From positions 832,001-896,000 of the forward strand of contig OZ246423.1 in NCBI GenBank assembly GCA_965231215.1: 64,000 nucleotides of DNA. Reading direction: 5' to 3'. Positions 20,375 to 32,017 of this stretch are shown here, one piece after another (positions within the stretch are counted from its first letter, which is position 1; every line of letters begins with the position of its first letter). The notes beneath the pieces are model-generated. The model saw only the letters and a list, made by a program, of their open reading frames with translations. It made no database searches and was not told where the DNA came from. The stretch is from Candidatus Altimarinota bacterium (GTDB lineage Bacteria > Patescibacteriota > Gracilibacteria > UBA4473). A program made the position numbers and the translations under genes.

Positions 20375-21049
20375 TCAACGGTAATAAATGTAGTCCTGAT
20401 AAGCCTCCCTGCAGCTATCGGCCTCTGATCGGAGTTGCAGTTGTCCGGGGAGAGAAGAATGTCCTCCGACCCAAATAGTTTTTCCTCGAACACATTCCGA
20501 GAGTTCCCCAGGGTTGCTTTCGGTAAAGGTGAAATCTGGCCCCAATCGGTACCGGGCGTAGGAGGTGAGGGTTGTAGATTCGGCGGAGATATTTTTAGGC
20601 CATAAATCACGGCACTCGATGCAAGTACCTGCAACAATGTCGGGATCGGCGGCGCCCCAGGCTTGTCGTTCGCTTTCATTAGAGAGGAGAGCGCGGATTC
20701 GTGTCCAGCCACCGTTTTCCATATCGCAATACACTCCCACAGGGAGAGAGTTTGGGCCAGCTTTGATCATGTAATAGTTGTTGATAGCGCTGGGATTGTT
20801 GGTGAGAATATCTTGGCAAGAGGTTCCCGCATCACAGTCTATGAGACCTTTGAGGGTGCATTCGGCCATGAGTTCTTGTTGCCATTGTACTTCCTCAGCA
20901 ATGATTTTTGTGAGTTTAGCGTCTTTTGAATAATCACTGAAAAGCATTGCGGATATCGTAGTCAAAATACTAGTAATCCCAATCACCACGAGTAGTTCAA
21001 TAAGGGTGAATCCCCGAACCATTTTTATTTTTTTCAAAATTAGAGACAT
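20375..21049 (-). CDS. Type IV pilin-like protein with a fibrinogen-like domain
   Basis: GFTLIELLVV prepilin motif; SCQDI...YY...VYCDMENGGWT. Confidence 0.85.
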   Translation of the reverse strand: MSLILKKIKMVRGFTLIELLVVIGITSILTTISAMLFSDYSKDAKLTKIIAEEVQWQQELMAECTLKGLIDCDAGTSCQDILTNNPSAINNYYMIKAGPNSLPVGVYCDMENGGWTRIRALLSNESERQAWGAADPDIVAGTCIECRDLWPKNISAESTTLTSYARYRLGPDFTFTESNPGELSECVRGKTIWVGGHSSLPGQLQLRSEADSCREAYQDYIYYR

Positions 21050-21129
21050 AGTAACAAAGAAGAGGGGGGATGTTAAGATAATTTTTTTTTACTTCAAAGA
21101 AAGTGAAAGAAGCCTTATTGGGACACCAG

Positions 21130-21164
21130 AAAAAAGAGCTAGTGCAATGCACCAGCTCTTTTTT
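21130..21164 (-). terminator. Terminator downstream of the 16S rRNA gene
   Basis: Minus strand GAGCTGGTGC-ATT-GCACTAGCTC followed by a T-tract. Confidence 0.75.
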
Positions 21165-21376
21165 GTTAGTTCTCTTTCACTTCGAACGCAGATCCCTCAG
21201 TCTTTCCCACTACTTAATTCAGTGATCTTAAAAGATGTGAATAGGTCAGTGAGAAAAACAGAGGGACGACCAATAAGGAATTTACACTTTGATTGAAATC
21301 AACCAAACAATAAAGCTTCTTGAGCGACCTCGACGAGCGAGGGTTAATAAAAATGCTCATACCTTAAAGCCTTGGA

Positions 21377-22852
<1,476 letters not shown>

Positions 22853-23211
22853 GAAGAGGGCCAGTGTACTAAACTGACCACTGATATTGGCATCAGATAG
22901 AACGCGTGACATTAAAATGTTCGCGTTTGTTATCCGAAATGTAGATTTTTGAAGAATCTACGAAACTTATAAATTCAAAAAGAATAAACGTTGATTTGTT
23001 TGTTGCGTATAGATTCCCGACTAGAAAATCTATACAGTTGCGTTCGAAATGAAAAAGAACTCCGTCGAATCTTGATCAGCGCTAAAGCTGACTGCGATTT
23101 CGATTGTTAGAAACCTCTAGAGGGCTTCTCATCCTTTGTCCTACACTTTGGAGAACCAGTTGATGAGCCTTGATTGTGAACTAAGTGGTTTAGTTGCCTC
23201 AAAGCCGAGCG

Positions 23212-23240
23212 ATCTTATGAATGAAGCAGCGGTCTGTCAA
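23212..23240 (-). promoter_or_regulatory. 16S rRNA promoter
   Basis: Minus strand TTGACA-17 bp-TAAGAT followed by GC-rich CGCTCGGC. Confidence 0.7.
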
Positions 23241-23344
23241 AACTTTTTTGAGGAAAATTTTCAGAGCCGCTACCACCCTCATCAATAATGTGCCTTAAAT
23301 TTATTTGCGTCCATTTTGCAGTCGCCTATCATTTGGGTGTTATC

Positions 23345-23668
23345 ATGCCGAAAGTACGAAGATATCATCTCAAAACAGTGGCCACCCAGACCAAGCATTT
23401 ATTACTGCTTTTGCTGGTGAGTCTGGCTTGTGTGCTTTTTGTCCTGCAACTTTTTTTGATGAATCGACTTTCTATGGCGGGGTATGTACTGACTCGGGAA
23501 GTAGAACAAAATGCTGAATTAGCATTGGCACACGAGAAATTTGATTCTCAAATTGCTAAAGCGCAGACTCAAGAGTACGTTACAAAAACCTCAAGCAAAC
23601 AGCACATGACGGTTAAAGAAAACCAGCAGTTTGTGTATGTGCCGCTTAATTTTACGGCCAAAAGATAG
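23345..23668 (+). CDS. Single-TM coiled-coil protein, FtsL-like
   Basis: Basic N-terminus, one TM helix, then a coiled coil. Confidence 0.45.
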   Translation: MPKVRRYHLKTVATQTKHLLLLLLVSLACVLFVLQLFLMNRLSMAGYVLTREVEQNAELALAHEKFDSQIAKAQTQEYVTKTSSKQHMTVKENQQFVYVPLNFTAKR

Positions 23669-23807
23669 CGCTCCACAAAACAGCAGAATCAATTATGGGA
23701 AAAACATTAATGTATCAAATTTCCATGTTCTTTGTGTCACGACAACTAAACTTCCTTGTCTAATAAATACAAAGCTGTACAATCGCTTGAAAACTTAATA
23801 AATTTTT

Positions 23808-26582
23808 ATGGCTAACTCGCACTTCGATTCCTTTACTCACTTTGCTAAGAATACAATCATATTGGCTCAGGAAGAAATAAAAAAATTAGAAGAATCTCAG
23901 ATTCAGACTCAACATTTGTTACTTGGTATTCTCAGACAACCCAAATCACTTGGCGGCTCTATCCTCAGGAACTTTGGAGTGAATTATGAGAATGCTTTTA
24001 GGCTAGCTGAAGAATTAAAAAATCCCATTACCGATGAAGTAGACGAAGAGACAGAAGCCGAAAACATTCTTTCTACCTTTGGGCAAAGAGCTATTGAGTT
24101 AGCGGCGCAAACGGCTTTAGATTTCGGTCACTCAATGGTGGATTCAGAACACATTCTCTATGCACTACTCAAACAGCCAAACTCAGGAGCCAATCATATT
24201 TTAGAAGCACTTATGGTGCGTCCAAGCCACCTCATTGAGTATCTGGAAAACTTATTCCGACAATCAAATCAGCAAAAACGATCCGAAGAGGGTAAAGCAG
24301 AAGAAAATGCAGCACAAAATAGCCAAATGCCAGCCCCAAGTAATGAACAAATTGACAATTTTCTTAACGGACTTCAAGGGGTGCTGGCTGGACTCTTTAT
24401 TGAAAGAAATGGGGCCAATGGTCAAATGCCAGGGGCTGGAGGGGGTAACCTAATGGGACAAGATCGAGACGAAATGATGGGCGAAGAGGTAGGAGAAGAC
24501 GGATCTTCACGCAAGAAAAAACTCGCGCTGGATTACTTTTGTACAGATTTCACGGAAATGGCGTTCAATGGAAAATTAGAACGCATTATCGGACGACAAA
24601 AACAAATTAACCGAATGGTTCAGATTTTGTGCCGAAAAACCAAAAATAACCCAGTACTTTTGGGAGATCCAGGAGTAGGGAAAACCGCGATTGTAGAAGG
24701 TCTGGCTCAACGAGTAGCGGAAGGGAAAGTGCCAGATAGTCTTTTGGATAAAAGAATCCTCTCCCTTTCTATGGCCAATCTGGTGGCGGGAACCAAATAT
24801 CGAGGAGAATTTGAAGAACGACTTAAACGTATCATTGAAGAAGCCTCGGACAGCGAAAATGAAATCGTACTTTTTATTGATGAACTTCATACCATTATTG
24901 GTGCTGGAAGTGCTGAGGGCACTCTAGATGCTGCCAATATTCTTAAACCAGCCCTTTCACGAGGTCTTATCCAAGTAGTAGGAGCCACAACGTATGAAGA
25001 ATACCAAAAATATATTGAAAAAGATGCCGCGCTTACCAGACGGTTCCAAGGGGTTGAGGTTCCAGAACCGACTCAGGATGAAGCGCTAGAAATTCTCCAA
25101 GGGGTTCGACCACACTACGAAAAATACCACAGTGTAGAAATTTCTGACGAAGCCTTAGAGATGGCCGTAAAACTATCAACCAGATATATTACAGACCGGT
25201 TTTTGCCAGACAAGGCTTTTGATGTGCTGGATGAAGCCTGCGCGTCAAAATCAATCATGAATAGAAAGCATGGGAAAGACATTCGTGACCTGCGTAAAAA
25301 AATATCTGATATTCAGAAAAAGAAAGAAAATGCCGTAGTGAATCAGAATTATCAAAAAGCCAATGACCTGCATCAAGAGCAACAAAATCTAGAAGCTGGA
25401 ATTTTGAAACTCAAACAACAAAAAGTAGATCCACAGAAAGTACAAACTGTAGACAAAGAAACCATTGCCAAAATTATCCACCAAAGCACTGGTATTCCCA
25501 CTTCAGCTTTGATTAGCTCAGAGTTGAAATCATTACAAGATTTAGAATCGACACTGCAAAAAAATATTATCGGACAAGACGAAGCTATTGACGAGATTTC
25601 AAAAGCTATCAGACGATCCAGAGTCGGACTTAACAACCCCAAGAGACCCTTAGGGGCCTTTATGTTTCTGGGGCCTACAGGCGTAGGGAAAACAGAGCTG
25701 GTAAAACAACTTGCGAAGGAAGTGTATCATGACGAAAAAGCGCTGATTAAAATTGATATGTCAGAGTTTTCTTCTGGCCACACATCTTCTCGATTAGTTG
25801 GAGCCACCGCCGGATATGTAGGGCATGAAGAAGGCGGTGATCTTACCGAAAAAGTACGCAAAAAGCCCTACTCTATTGTACTTTTTGATGAAATTGAAAA
25901 AGCACACAAAGAAGTCCATAATATGCTTTTGCAGATTTTGGATGAAGGTATTTTGACGGATGGAAAAGGGCGAAAAGTTAATTTCAAAAACACCATCCTC
26001 ATTATGACCTCTAATATAGGAGCTCAAAAATTCCAGCGTGAAGCCAATAGTATTGGATTTGCTGAATCAGAAAAAGATCTAGCCGAACATGATCATGAGT
26101 TTGATGTTATAAAAGAAGAAGTCACCAAAGAACTTAAAAAACAATTTGCTCCAGAATTCTTAAACCGGCTGGATGGAACACTCGTATTTCGCCCCCTCAA
26201 CCGAAACCATATTAAAGGGATTATTAAACTCCATGTTGAAGAATTCCAATCTCGACTCGCGGAAAAAGAGATCGTCATTAAAGTAGGAGGCTCTACCCTG
26301 AATGCCCTGGCTAAAGCCTCATACAAACCAGAATTTGGAGCTCGTGAAATTCGTCGAGTACTTCAGGAAAAACTTGAAAATCCACTCGTTGAAGCCCTTG
26401 TTTCTGGTGATATACATGAAAATATGACCTATCATGTAGGCTATGATGGCAAAATAGAAAAGTGTACTTTTACGCCTGAAATAAAAAAAGTTTCTAAACC
26501 CAAGGCCCAAAAAAAAGGGGTAAAAAAAGCAGCCCCCAAAACTAAAAAGACCGCTATAAAAGCCAAGAAAAAGACTCCTTAA
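23808..26582 (+). CDS. clpC: Clp protease ATP-binding subunit ClpC
   Basis: Two Clp-N repeats, GDPGVGKT, GPTGVGKT, IDMSEF, UVR-like middle domain. Confidence 0.93.
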   Translation: MANSHFDSFTHFAKNTIILAQEEIKKLEESQIQTQHLLLGILRQPKSLGGSILRNFGVNYENAFRLAEELKNPITDEVDEETEAENILSTFGQRAIELAAQTALDFGHSMVDSEHILYALLKQPNSGANHILEALMVRPSHLIEYLENLFRQSNQQKRSEEGKAEENAAQNSQMPAPSNEQIDNFLNGLQGVLAGLFIERNGANGQMPGAGGGNLMGQDRDEMMGEEVGEDGSSRKKKLALDYFCTDFTEMAFNGKLERIIGRQKQINRMVQILCRKTKNNPVLLGDPGVGKTAIVEGLAQRVAEGKVPDSLLDKRILSLSMANLVAGTKYRGEFEERLKRIIEEASDSENEIVLFIDELHTIIGAGSAEGTLDAANILKPALSRGLIQVVGATTYEEYQKYIEKDAALTRRFQGVEVPEPTQDEALEILQGVRPHYEKYHSVEISDEALEMAVKLSTRYITDRFLPDKAFDVLDEACASKSIMNRKHGKDIRDLRKKISDIQKKKENAVVNQNYQKANDLHQEQQNLEAGILKLKQQKVDPQKVQTVDKETIAKIIHQSTGIPTSALISSELKSLQDLESTLQKNIIGQDEAIDEISKAIRRSRVGLNNPKRPLGAFMFLGPTGVGKTELVKQLAKEVYHDEKALIKIDMSEFSSGHTSSRLVGATAGYVGHEEGGDLTEKVRKKPYSIVLFDEIEKAHKEVHNMLLQILDEGILTDGKGRKVNFKNTILIMTSNIGAQKFQREANSIGFAESEKDLAEHDHEFDVIKEEVTKELKKQFAPEFLNRLDGTLVFRPLNRNHIKGIIKLHVEEFQSRLAEKEIVIKVGGSTLNALAKASYKPEFGAREIRRVLQEKLENPLVEALVSGDIHENMTYHVGYDGKIEKCTFTPEIKKVSKPKAQKKGVKKAAPKTKKTAIKAKKKTP

Positions 26583-26583
26583 T

Positions 26584-27486
26584 TCACTTTTTTTGCACTT
26601 GTCTTCTTTTTTGAGAAAGAGAGGCCAGAACATTGTCTCTTTCAGAGATAGCTTTCCTGAATAGTCCGGTTACCTTAGGCTTAGACTCGTCTACTAGGAA
26701 TTCATAAATTTCTATAAGTGTTATTAGCTCTGCGTCGTTTAGCTTGTTTAGTACGAATTTAAGATTGTCTAAAGCTGATCGGGAATTTCTAATTTGGCTT
26801 AGGCTTAAGCAGAAAAGCTGTAGAAGTTCATACTTGTTTTCTGAAAAGGACGCTCCTTTGTTAAGCGGTTCAAAATCTTCACTAGAGGTAGTTTGAATAG
26901 TTTTTCTAACCACATCATCCATTTCATCTACAACCTTATTTTGTGTTGATAATATGAGAGACTGTATAGTTAAAGCTATATTTCGTAATTCGTTATTATC
27001 TTCTGACTCCTGAATTATTTCAACCCACTTATCACCTTGTTCTGCATGCAGGATTTCTGCCTCAAAGACTTTGCCAGGCTCTGGAGCAAATATTTCCTCA
27101 AATATTTCCTCAAAGTCCCCCAAGGGGGCCTGAATGGCTTTGAGGAATTCATCTTTGAGTTTAGCAAGAAGTTTTGTGAGTTTTTTCTGATTAGGATCTT
27201 GTGTGATTACACAATTATAAATATTAAGAAGCCGCTGCTGGTCAAAAAGATCTAAAGCCTTAAAGATTTCTATGAAATTAGATAGGTAATATTCGTAGCT
27301 TTCCCTGCCTGCAGCTGCTAAAAATATTTGATCTTCTTGTGGGTTGTTTAGATCATCAATAGCAGAAATAGCAGATTTAATCTCTTTGGCTAGATTCTCA
27401 ATAGTTTCGCCTGATTTCATACGATCGAACCACTGATCAAATCGATCAAGGCCTTCTTCGTATGCTGCTTCTGATATTTCGCACAT
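26584..27486 (-). CDS. Hypothetical helical protein
   Basis: 300-aa ORF with no recognised motif. Confidence 0.55.
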   Translation of the reverse strand: MCEISEAAYEEGLDRFDQWFDRMKSGETIENLAKEIKSAISAIDDLNNPQEDQIFLAAAGRESYEYYLSNFIEIFKALDLFDQQRLLNIYNCVITQDPNQKKLTKLLAKLKDEFLKAIQAPLGDFEEIFEEIFAPEPGKVFEAEILHAEQGDKWVEIIQESEDNNELRNIALTIQSLILSTQNKVVDEMDDVVRKTIQTTSSEDFEPLNKGASFSENKYELLQLFCLSLSQIRNSRSALDNLKFVLNKLNDAELITLIEIYEFLVDESKPKVTGLFRKAISERDNVLASLSQKRRQVQKK

Positions 27487-27568
27487 CAGAAGTTATACTA
27501 TAAAATTTTTTCTTAAATTGCAAAGATATCGTTTTATTTTCCGCTTTGAGTATGATAGAATAAACAGA

Positions 27569-30022
27569 ATGGATATAGGTTTTTGGCTGAAGGTAATGGT
27601 AACTGGCGTAATCGTTGGAGGAGCCGTTATTTTTTGGCTTTGGTATGTTCGCCGGCAGCATGATGTGGCGCGAACTTTGGATTTTGTATTTTTACGTGTT
27701 TTGATTCCCAAGAAAGATTCAAAAGACGATTTTGAAAAAGAGCGAGACCAAACCAATGAAATCCGAAAAGTAATTGGAATTGGAGAACATTTTTTTTCAG
27801 CTTTGCACGGAGTTTATAGCTCAGACTGGGATAGAGCCTGGAAAAACCAGGATTTTATGTCTCTGGAATATATTGCTACAGACGGACAGATTGAATTTGT
27901 TATGGGATGTCCGCGTGATATTAAAGATTTGGTAGAAAAACAAATTACCTCTTTTTATCCAGAAGCCCTTGTGGAAGAAGGAGAAATGCCCTCGCTGTTT
28001 CAGGAAAAAACCAAACAAGCGACCGGATATCTGGTTGCCGCCGGAAAATATTTTTACCCGATGAAGACTTATACCCGGTTTGAATCAGCTGACCCCATGA
28101 ACAATGTATTAAATGCGTTGTCTCAAGCCTCAGATGAACATGGGAATGCCGCTGCAATTCAATTTATGATTCGCCCAGCTAAGGATAAGTGGCAGCAAAA
28201 AACTCGAGATAAATCCAAAGAACTTGGAAGTGGAAAAAAAAGTATTTCTTGGTGGAATCCAATTTCTATTTTGGGGGGATTATTCCAGGTGATTATTGGT
28301 CGAAATGAGGAAAATAACAGTAATAATGATGAAGGAAAGGAAACCAATGAATCTCAAGAACTCACTAAAGCCATGGATGAAAAAGCTGAAAAAAGTGGGT
28401 TTGAAACCATTATTCGGTGTGTGACATCGTCGCCTGATCAACGCCAGGCAGAGGTGAATTTGGCCAATGTTTTAAACGCCTTTACCCAATTTGGAACCCC
28501 CACTATGAATGGGTTTAAAAAGAAAAAATACCATTCAAAAAATGCCCTTATTCAGAACTTTGTATGGCGAGCCTTTAAACGTTCTTGGCACGTTCAGAAT
28601 AAGATGATTCTTTCGACAGAGGAACTGGCTAGTATGTATCACTTTCCGCATATTAAGTTCAACAATATTCCATCAGTAAAATGGCAAAATTATAAAATTG
28701 TTCAGGCGCCAGCCAATATTCCCAAAGAAGGCTTGTTGTTGGGACATAATTTGTACCGTGGTAAGAACACGCCCATTTATATGAAACGGGATGATCGGTT
28801 CCGTCATTTCTACGTGATTGGACAAACCGGTACCGGGAAATCCTCCATTTTTCAGACAATGATTCGTCAGGATATGGCCAATGGTGATGGACTGTGTGTG
28901 GTAGATCCGCATGGGAGCTTGGTAGAAGATCTTTTACCTTTTGTACCAAAAGATCGAGTGGATGATGTTATTATCTTTGATCCCTCAGACCTAGAGCGTC
29001 CTATGGGACTTAATCTACTAGAAGCCGATACAGAAGAAGAACGAGATATGGTAGCACTAGATGCCATGAATATGATGATTAAACTCTTTGACGAAGAGGT
29101 GTTTGGTCCTCGTATTCAGGATTATTTCCGGAATGGAGTCTTGACCCTTATGGCCGATCCAGCAGGGGGGGCCATCACCGACATCATGCGTATTTTTACC
29201 GATGATGCGTTTCAGCGTTCAAAAGTGAAACACCTTAAAAACCCAGTCGTGAAAAGTTTCTGGACCAACCAAATGGCCAAAACTGGAGCCCGAGAGAAAC
29301 AAGAAATTATTCCCTACTTTGCGGCTAAGTTTGGTCAATTCTATACCAATGGAATGATCCGAAATATTATTGGGCAGACTAAATCTTCCTTTGATTTCGC
29401 GGATGTAATGGATAATAAAAAGATCCTCTTTATGAATCTTTCTAAAGGAATGACTGGAGATTTCAACTCCAAGCTGTTGGGGCTTATCATTGTGTCTAAA
29501 ATTCAGACAGCAGCACTGCGAAGGCAAAAACAAGAAAAAGGTGCCAGAACCGATTTTTTCCTCTACATCGATGAATTTCAGAACTATGTCACCGACTCTA
29601 TTGAATCTATTTTATCTGAAGCTCGTAAATACCGTCTGGGGCTAAATGTAGCCCATCAGTACATGTCACAGATTGACACCTCTGGACAAAAGAAAGGTGT
29701 AAACCTAAAAGATGCCATCCTGGGAAATGTGGGCACCATGATGTGTTATAAAATTGGAGCTCAAGATGCTGAAATTATGGGCAAAGAAATGGCTCCGGCC
29801 TTTACCGACCAAGACTTGATTAACGTAGATAAATATAAAGCCGTGATGAAACTCTCTGTTGATACGCAGCCATCGCAGCCATTCTCTATTACGCCGTGTA
29901 ATCCGTATATAGAAAAAGGAGACCCAAAAATGGGAACAGCCCTTAAACAAATCTCTCGCCTCACTTATGGGCGGAGTAAAAAGTTCGTAGAAAAAGAGAT
30001 ATTTGCTCGATTAGATGTTTAA
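27569..30022 (+). CDS. Membrane-anchored VirD4/VirB4/HerA-like ATPase (CPR T4SS-like)
   Basis: N-terminal TM; RHFYVIGQTGTGKS, VVDPHG, LYIDEFQ, LSEARKY. Confidence 0.85.
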   Translation: MDIGFWLKVMVTGVIVGGAVIFWLWYVRRQHDVARTLDFVFLRVLIPKKDSKDDFEKERDQTNEIRKVIGIGEHFFSALHGVYSSDWDRAWKNQDFMSLEYIATDGQIEFVMGCPRDIKDLVEKQITSFYPEALVEEGEMPSLFQEKTKQATGYLVAAGKYFYPMKTYTRFESADPMNNVLNALSQASDEHGNAAAIQFMIRPAKDKWQQKTRDKSKELGSGKKSISWWNPISILGGLFQVIIGRNEENNSNNDEGKETNESQELTKAMDEKAEKSGFETIIRCVTSSPDQRQAEVNLANVLNAFTQFGTPTMNGFKKKKYHSKNALIQNFVWRAFKRSWHVQNKMILSTEELASMYHFPHIKFNNIPSVKWQNYKIVQAPANIPKEGLLLGHNLYRGKNTPIYMKRDDRFRHFYVIGQTGTGKSSIFQTMIRQDMANGDGLCVVDPHGSLVEDLLPFVPKDRVDDVIIFDPSDLERPMGLNLLEADTEEERDMVALDAMNMMIKLFDEEVFGPRIQDYFRNGVLTLMADPAGGAITDIMRIFTDDAFQRSKVKHLKNPVVKSFWTNQMAKTGAREKQEIIPYFAAKFGQFYTNGMIRNIIGQTKSSFDFADVMDNKKILFMNLSKGMTGDFNSKLLGLIIVSKIQTAALRRQKQEKGARTDFFLYIDEFQNYVTDSIESILSEARKYRLGLNVAHQYMSQIDTSGQKKGVNLKDAILGNVGTMMCYKIGAQDAEIMGKEMAPAFTDQDLINVDKYKAVMKLSVDTQPSQPFSITPCNPYIEKGDPKMGTALKQISRLTYGRSKKFVEKEIFARLDV

Positions 30023-30341
30023 TCAATGGCCCATCATTGTTTTTTCACCAGAGCTTGACCTATTGTACTTAGGAGTTCTGGTTAATAGTTTGATGTATTT
30101 AGTGGTCTATCCTATGTGGGCCAAAAGTGACTGGAATCGTTTAGTTATAGGGGACACCATTGCTGGGCTTGGAGTTTTGACAGTAGTATTGGTTAATTAC
30201 TGGGGCAGTGAAATTAATATCCAAGTATTTGGAAATATATTCTTGAGTTGGTGGGTGTATTTTATTCTGATCTATTTTGTACTAGATAGTGTTTTCTTTG
30301 GTGTGTATTGGTGGCAGTTTCTAAAAATTGATAAAAAGTAA
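30015..30341 (+). CDS. Small 3-TM membrane protein
   Basis: Hydrophobic segments; overlaps the ATPase stop. Confidence 0.6.
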   Translation: MFNQWPIIVFSPELDLLYLGVLVNSLMYLVVYPMWAKSDWNRLVIGDTIAGLGVLTVVLVNYWGSEINIQVFGNIFLSWWVYFILIYFVLDSVFFGVYWWQFLKIDKK

Positions 30342-30362
30342 AAAAAGTGTTATTATTATGAA

Positions 30363-30872
30363 ATGGGTTTAAATAAACTAACTTCATTTCCAGAAACAAT
30401 TAAGTTAGGTGAAGAAGTCTTATTTTTGGAATTCTCTCCAATCCTTGGTAAAATTGAGTCGGATGTGAAGGACTTTGTGGCTGAGTACTATATTAAGCCC
30501 GTAGGTCTTAGTGAAACTCGAATTAAGCAACTTGATAAAGCATTATGTTTAGAAGACCTGCTTATTGTTAGAAACCAAGAAAGGGAAATTGTTGGTTGTT
30601 TGGCTTCAGAGATTGAAGATAATGAACTTGGTTTAGTTGCTGTATGCCCAAAATATCAAAGGCGTGGGCTAGCCTTGCAGATGGGTGAGCTTGTTGTAAG
30701 TGAAATGTTAAAGCAAGCTAATGATGAATCAATTGAGATTTCAACTAGAGTGCAAACTGAAGCAGGAATGAAGCTGGTTGAGGAATTACAAAACAAAACT
30801 CCTGCTTCAGTTTCTATAGTTATTACTGAAGACCTGAGAGCTTTCTATCGAGAAAGAAAGAAAAAAAATTGA
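30363..30872 (+). CDS. GNAT-family acetyltransferase
   Basis: VAVCPKYQRRGLA acetyl-CoA motif. Confidence 0.7.
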   Translation: MGLNKLTSFPETIKLGEEVLFLEFSPILGKIESDVKDFVAEYYIKPVGLSETRIKQLDKALCLEDLLIVRNQEREIVGCLASEIEDNELGLVAVCPKYQRRGLALQMGELVVSEMLKQANDESIEISTRVQTEAGMKLVEELQNKTPASVSIVITEDLRAFYRERKKKN

Positions 30873-30955
30873 GTCGCTCAAAAAGACCGTTTTGAAATAA
30901 ATGATTCGCCATGGTTCACAGGAATTTATTTTATATGGATATTTTCTCTCCTTAA

Positions 30956-31924
30956 CTACTTATTCCATGGCATTCTTTCCATCAAATGGGTGAAAAGCAT
31001 TTTGCCCGTTACTCCAATGAAGAGCAGCATAATCGCAATCGCAAAGATGATGATTTTTCCAATAAAAATACTTCCCGGAAGAGCCATTCCAATAATTAGA
31101 AAAAGCCCAAGGACAATATAAATTTGTCTTTGAGGGCCAGCATCAACAAATCCTTTTTTACTATTGCCGAGTTTGTGTTTGGTTTTGTTCCAAAATCCTT
31201 TTGGCTTTTCTTCCTTTTGGGTTGCCTGATCAGTTTCACTTTTAGGTTCGGTTTCTTCAGTTTTAGGTGCTGGCTTTGGTTCGGTTTCTTTTTTGGGTTC
31301 TTCTGCAGGCTTTTCGGTTGTTTTTTCTGCCTCTTGGTCGTTTGCTTCTGGTTGAGGTTCTTCTTTCTTTACTTCGTTTTGGGTTTCATTACTTTCTGTG
31401 TTTTCTGTCTTTTGCTCTTCTTGAGGGGCTTCTGGTTTAGAGTCTTCCCCGGTTTTGGCTTCGCTTTCTTCTTTTTTGGCAAAAGGGTTAATTTTGTTAA
31501 GGCCTCCACTTACGGCTCCAAAGGCATTTGAGGCTCCTTCTTTTACCTCACCTCCAGGATTATTGGCTTGAAGTGGTTCATTCCCAACAACGAGAGACTT
31601 TTGGGCATGACTCCAGGCTTCGATCCCTCCAGCGAGAATAAGGATAGATTTTTCTTTTTCAGTTCCATGAATGATATCTACGGCTTTTTCAACGCTTACT
31701 CCTTGGTTATGTGAGGCCAAAATAACCGTTTTTCCCTCAAAAGCGATTAAGTTATCTTTAAGGTCATCAAGTGGACAGTTTTTAAACCCCTTAATATGAC
31801 CTTGTTCAAACTCCTGTAGGCTCCGGATATCTACAAACAGATCATCAGAGGCAGCATTGTTGATTCGGTTTTCTAAGGCAGAAATTTCAATTTCTTCGGA
31901 AACGATTTGGATGTCATCAGCCAT
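30956..31924 (-). CDS. YgaP-like protein (rhodanese plus DUF2892-type TM domain) with a long charged linker
   Basis: VDIRSLQEFEQGHIKG, LAGGIEAW, C-terminal MPWNK. Confidence 0.75.
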   Translation of the reverse strand: MADDIQIVSEEIEISALENRINNAASDDLFVDIRSLQEFEQGHIKGFKNCPLDDLKDNLIAFEGKTVILASHNQGVSVEKAVDIIHGTEKEKSILILAGGIEAWSHAQKSLVVGNEPLQANNPGGEVKEGASNAFGAVSGGLNKINPFAKKEESEAKTGEDSKPEAPQEEQKTENTESNETQNEVKKEEPQPEANDQEAEKTTEKPAEEPKKETEPKPAPKTEETEPKSETDQATQKEEKPKGFWNKTKHKLGNSKKGFVDAGPQRQIYIVLGLFLIIGMALPGSIFIGKIIIFAIAIMLLFIGVTGKMLFTHLMERMPWNK

Positions 31925-32017
31925 TTTAAGGGCAATTGTTTACAAAATGTATCTAATCATTATATCACATGAGGTATGAAAAATAAAGGCTTAAACTCTA
32001 GAAAATTTATTGAAAAT

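Noticed and set aside
20041-20600. DGR template/variable repeat pair at the pilin
   Set aside because: No near-identical DNA repeat with adenine-specific mismatches, and no reverse transcriptase in the window
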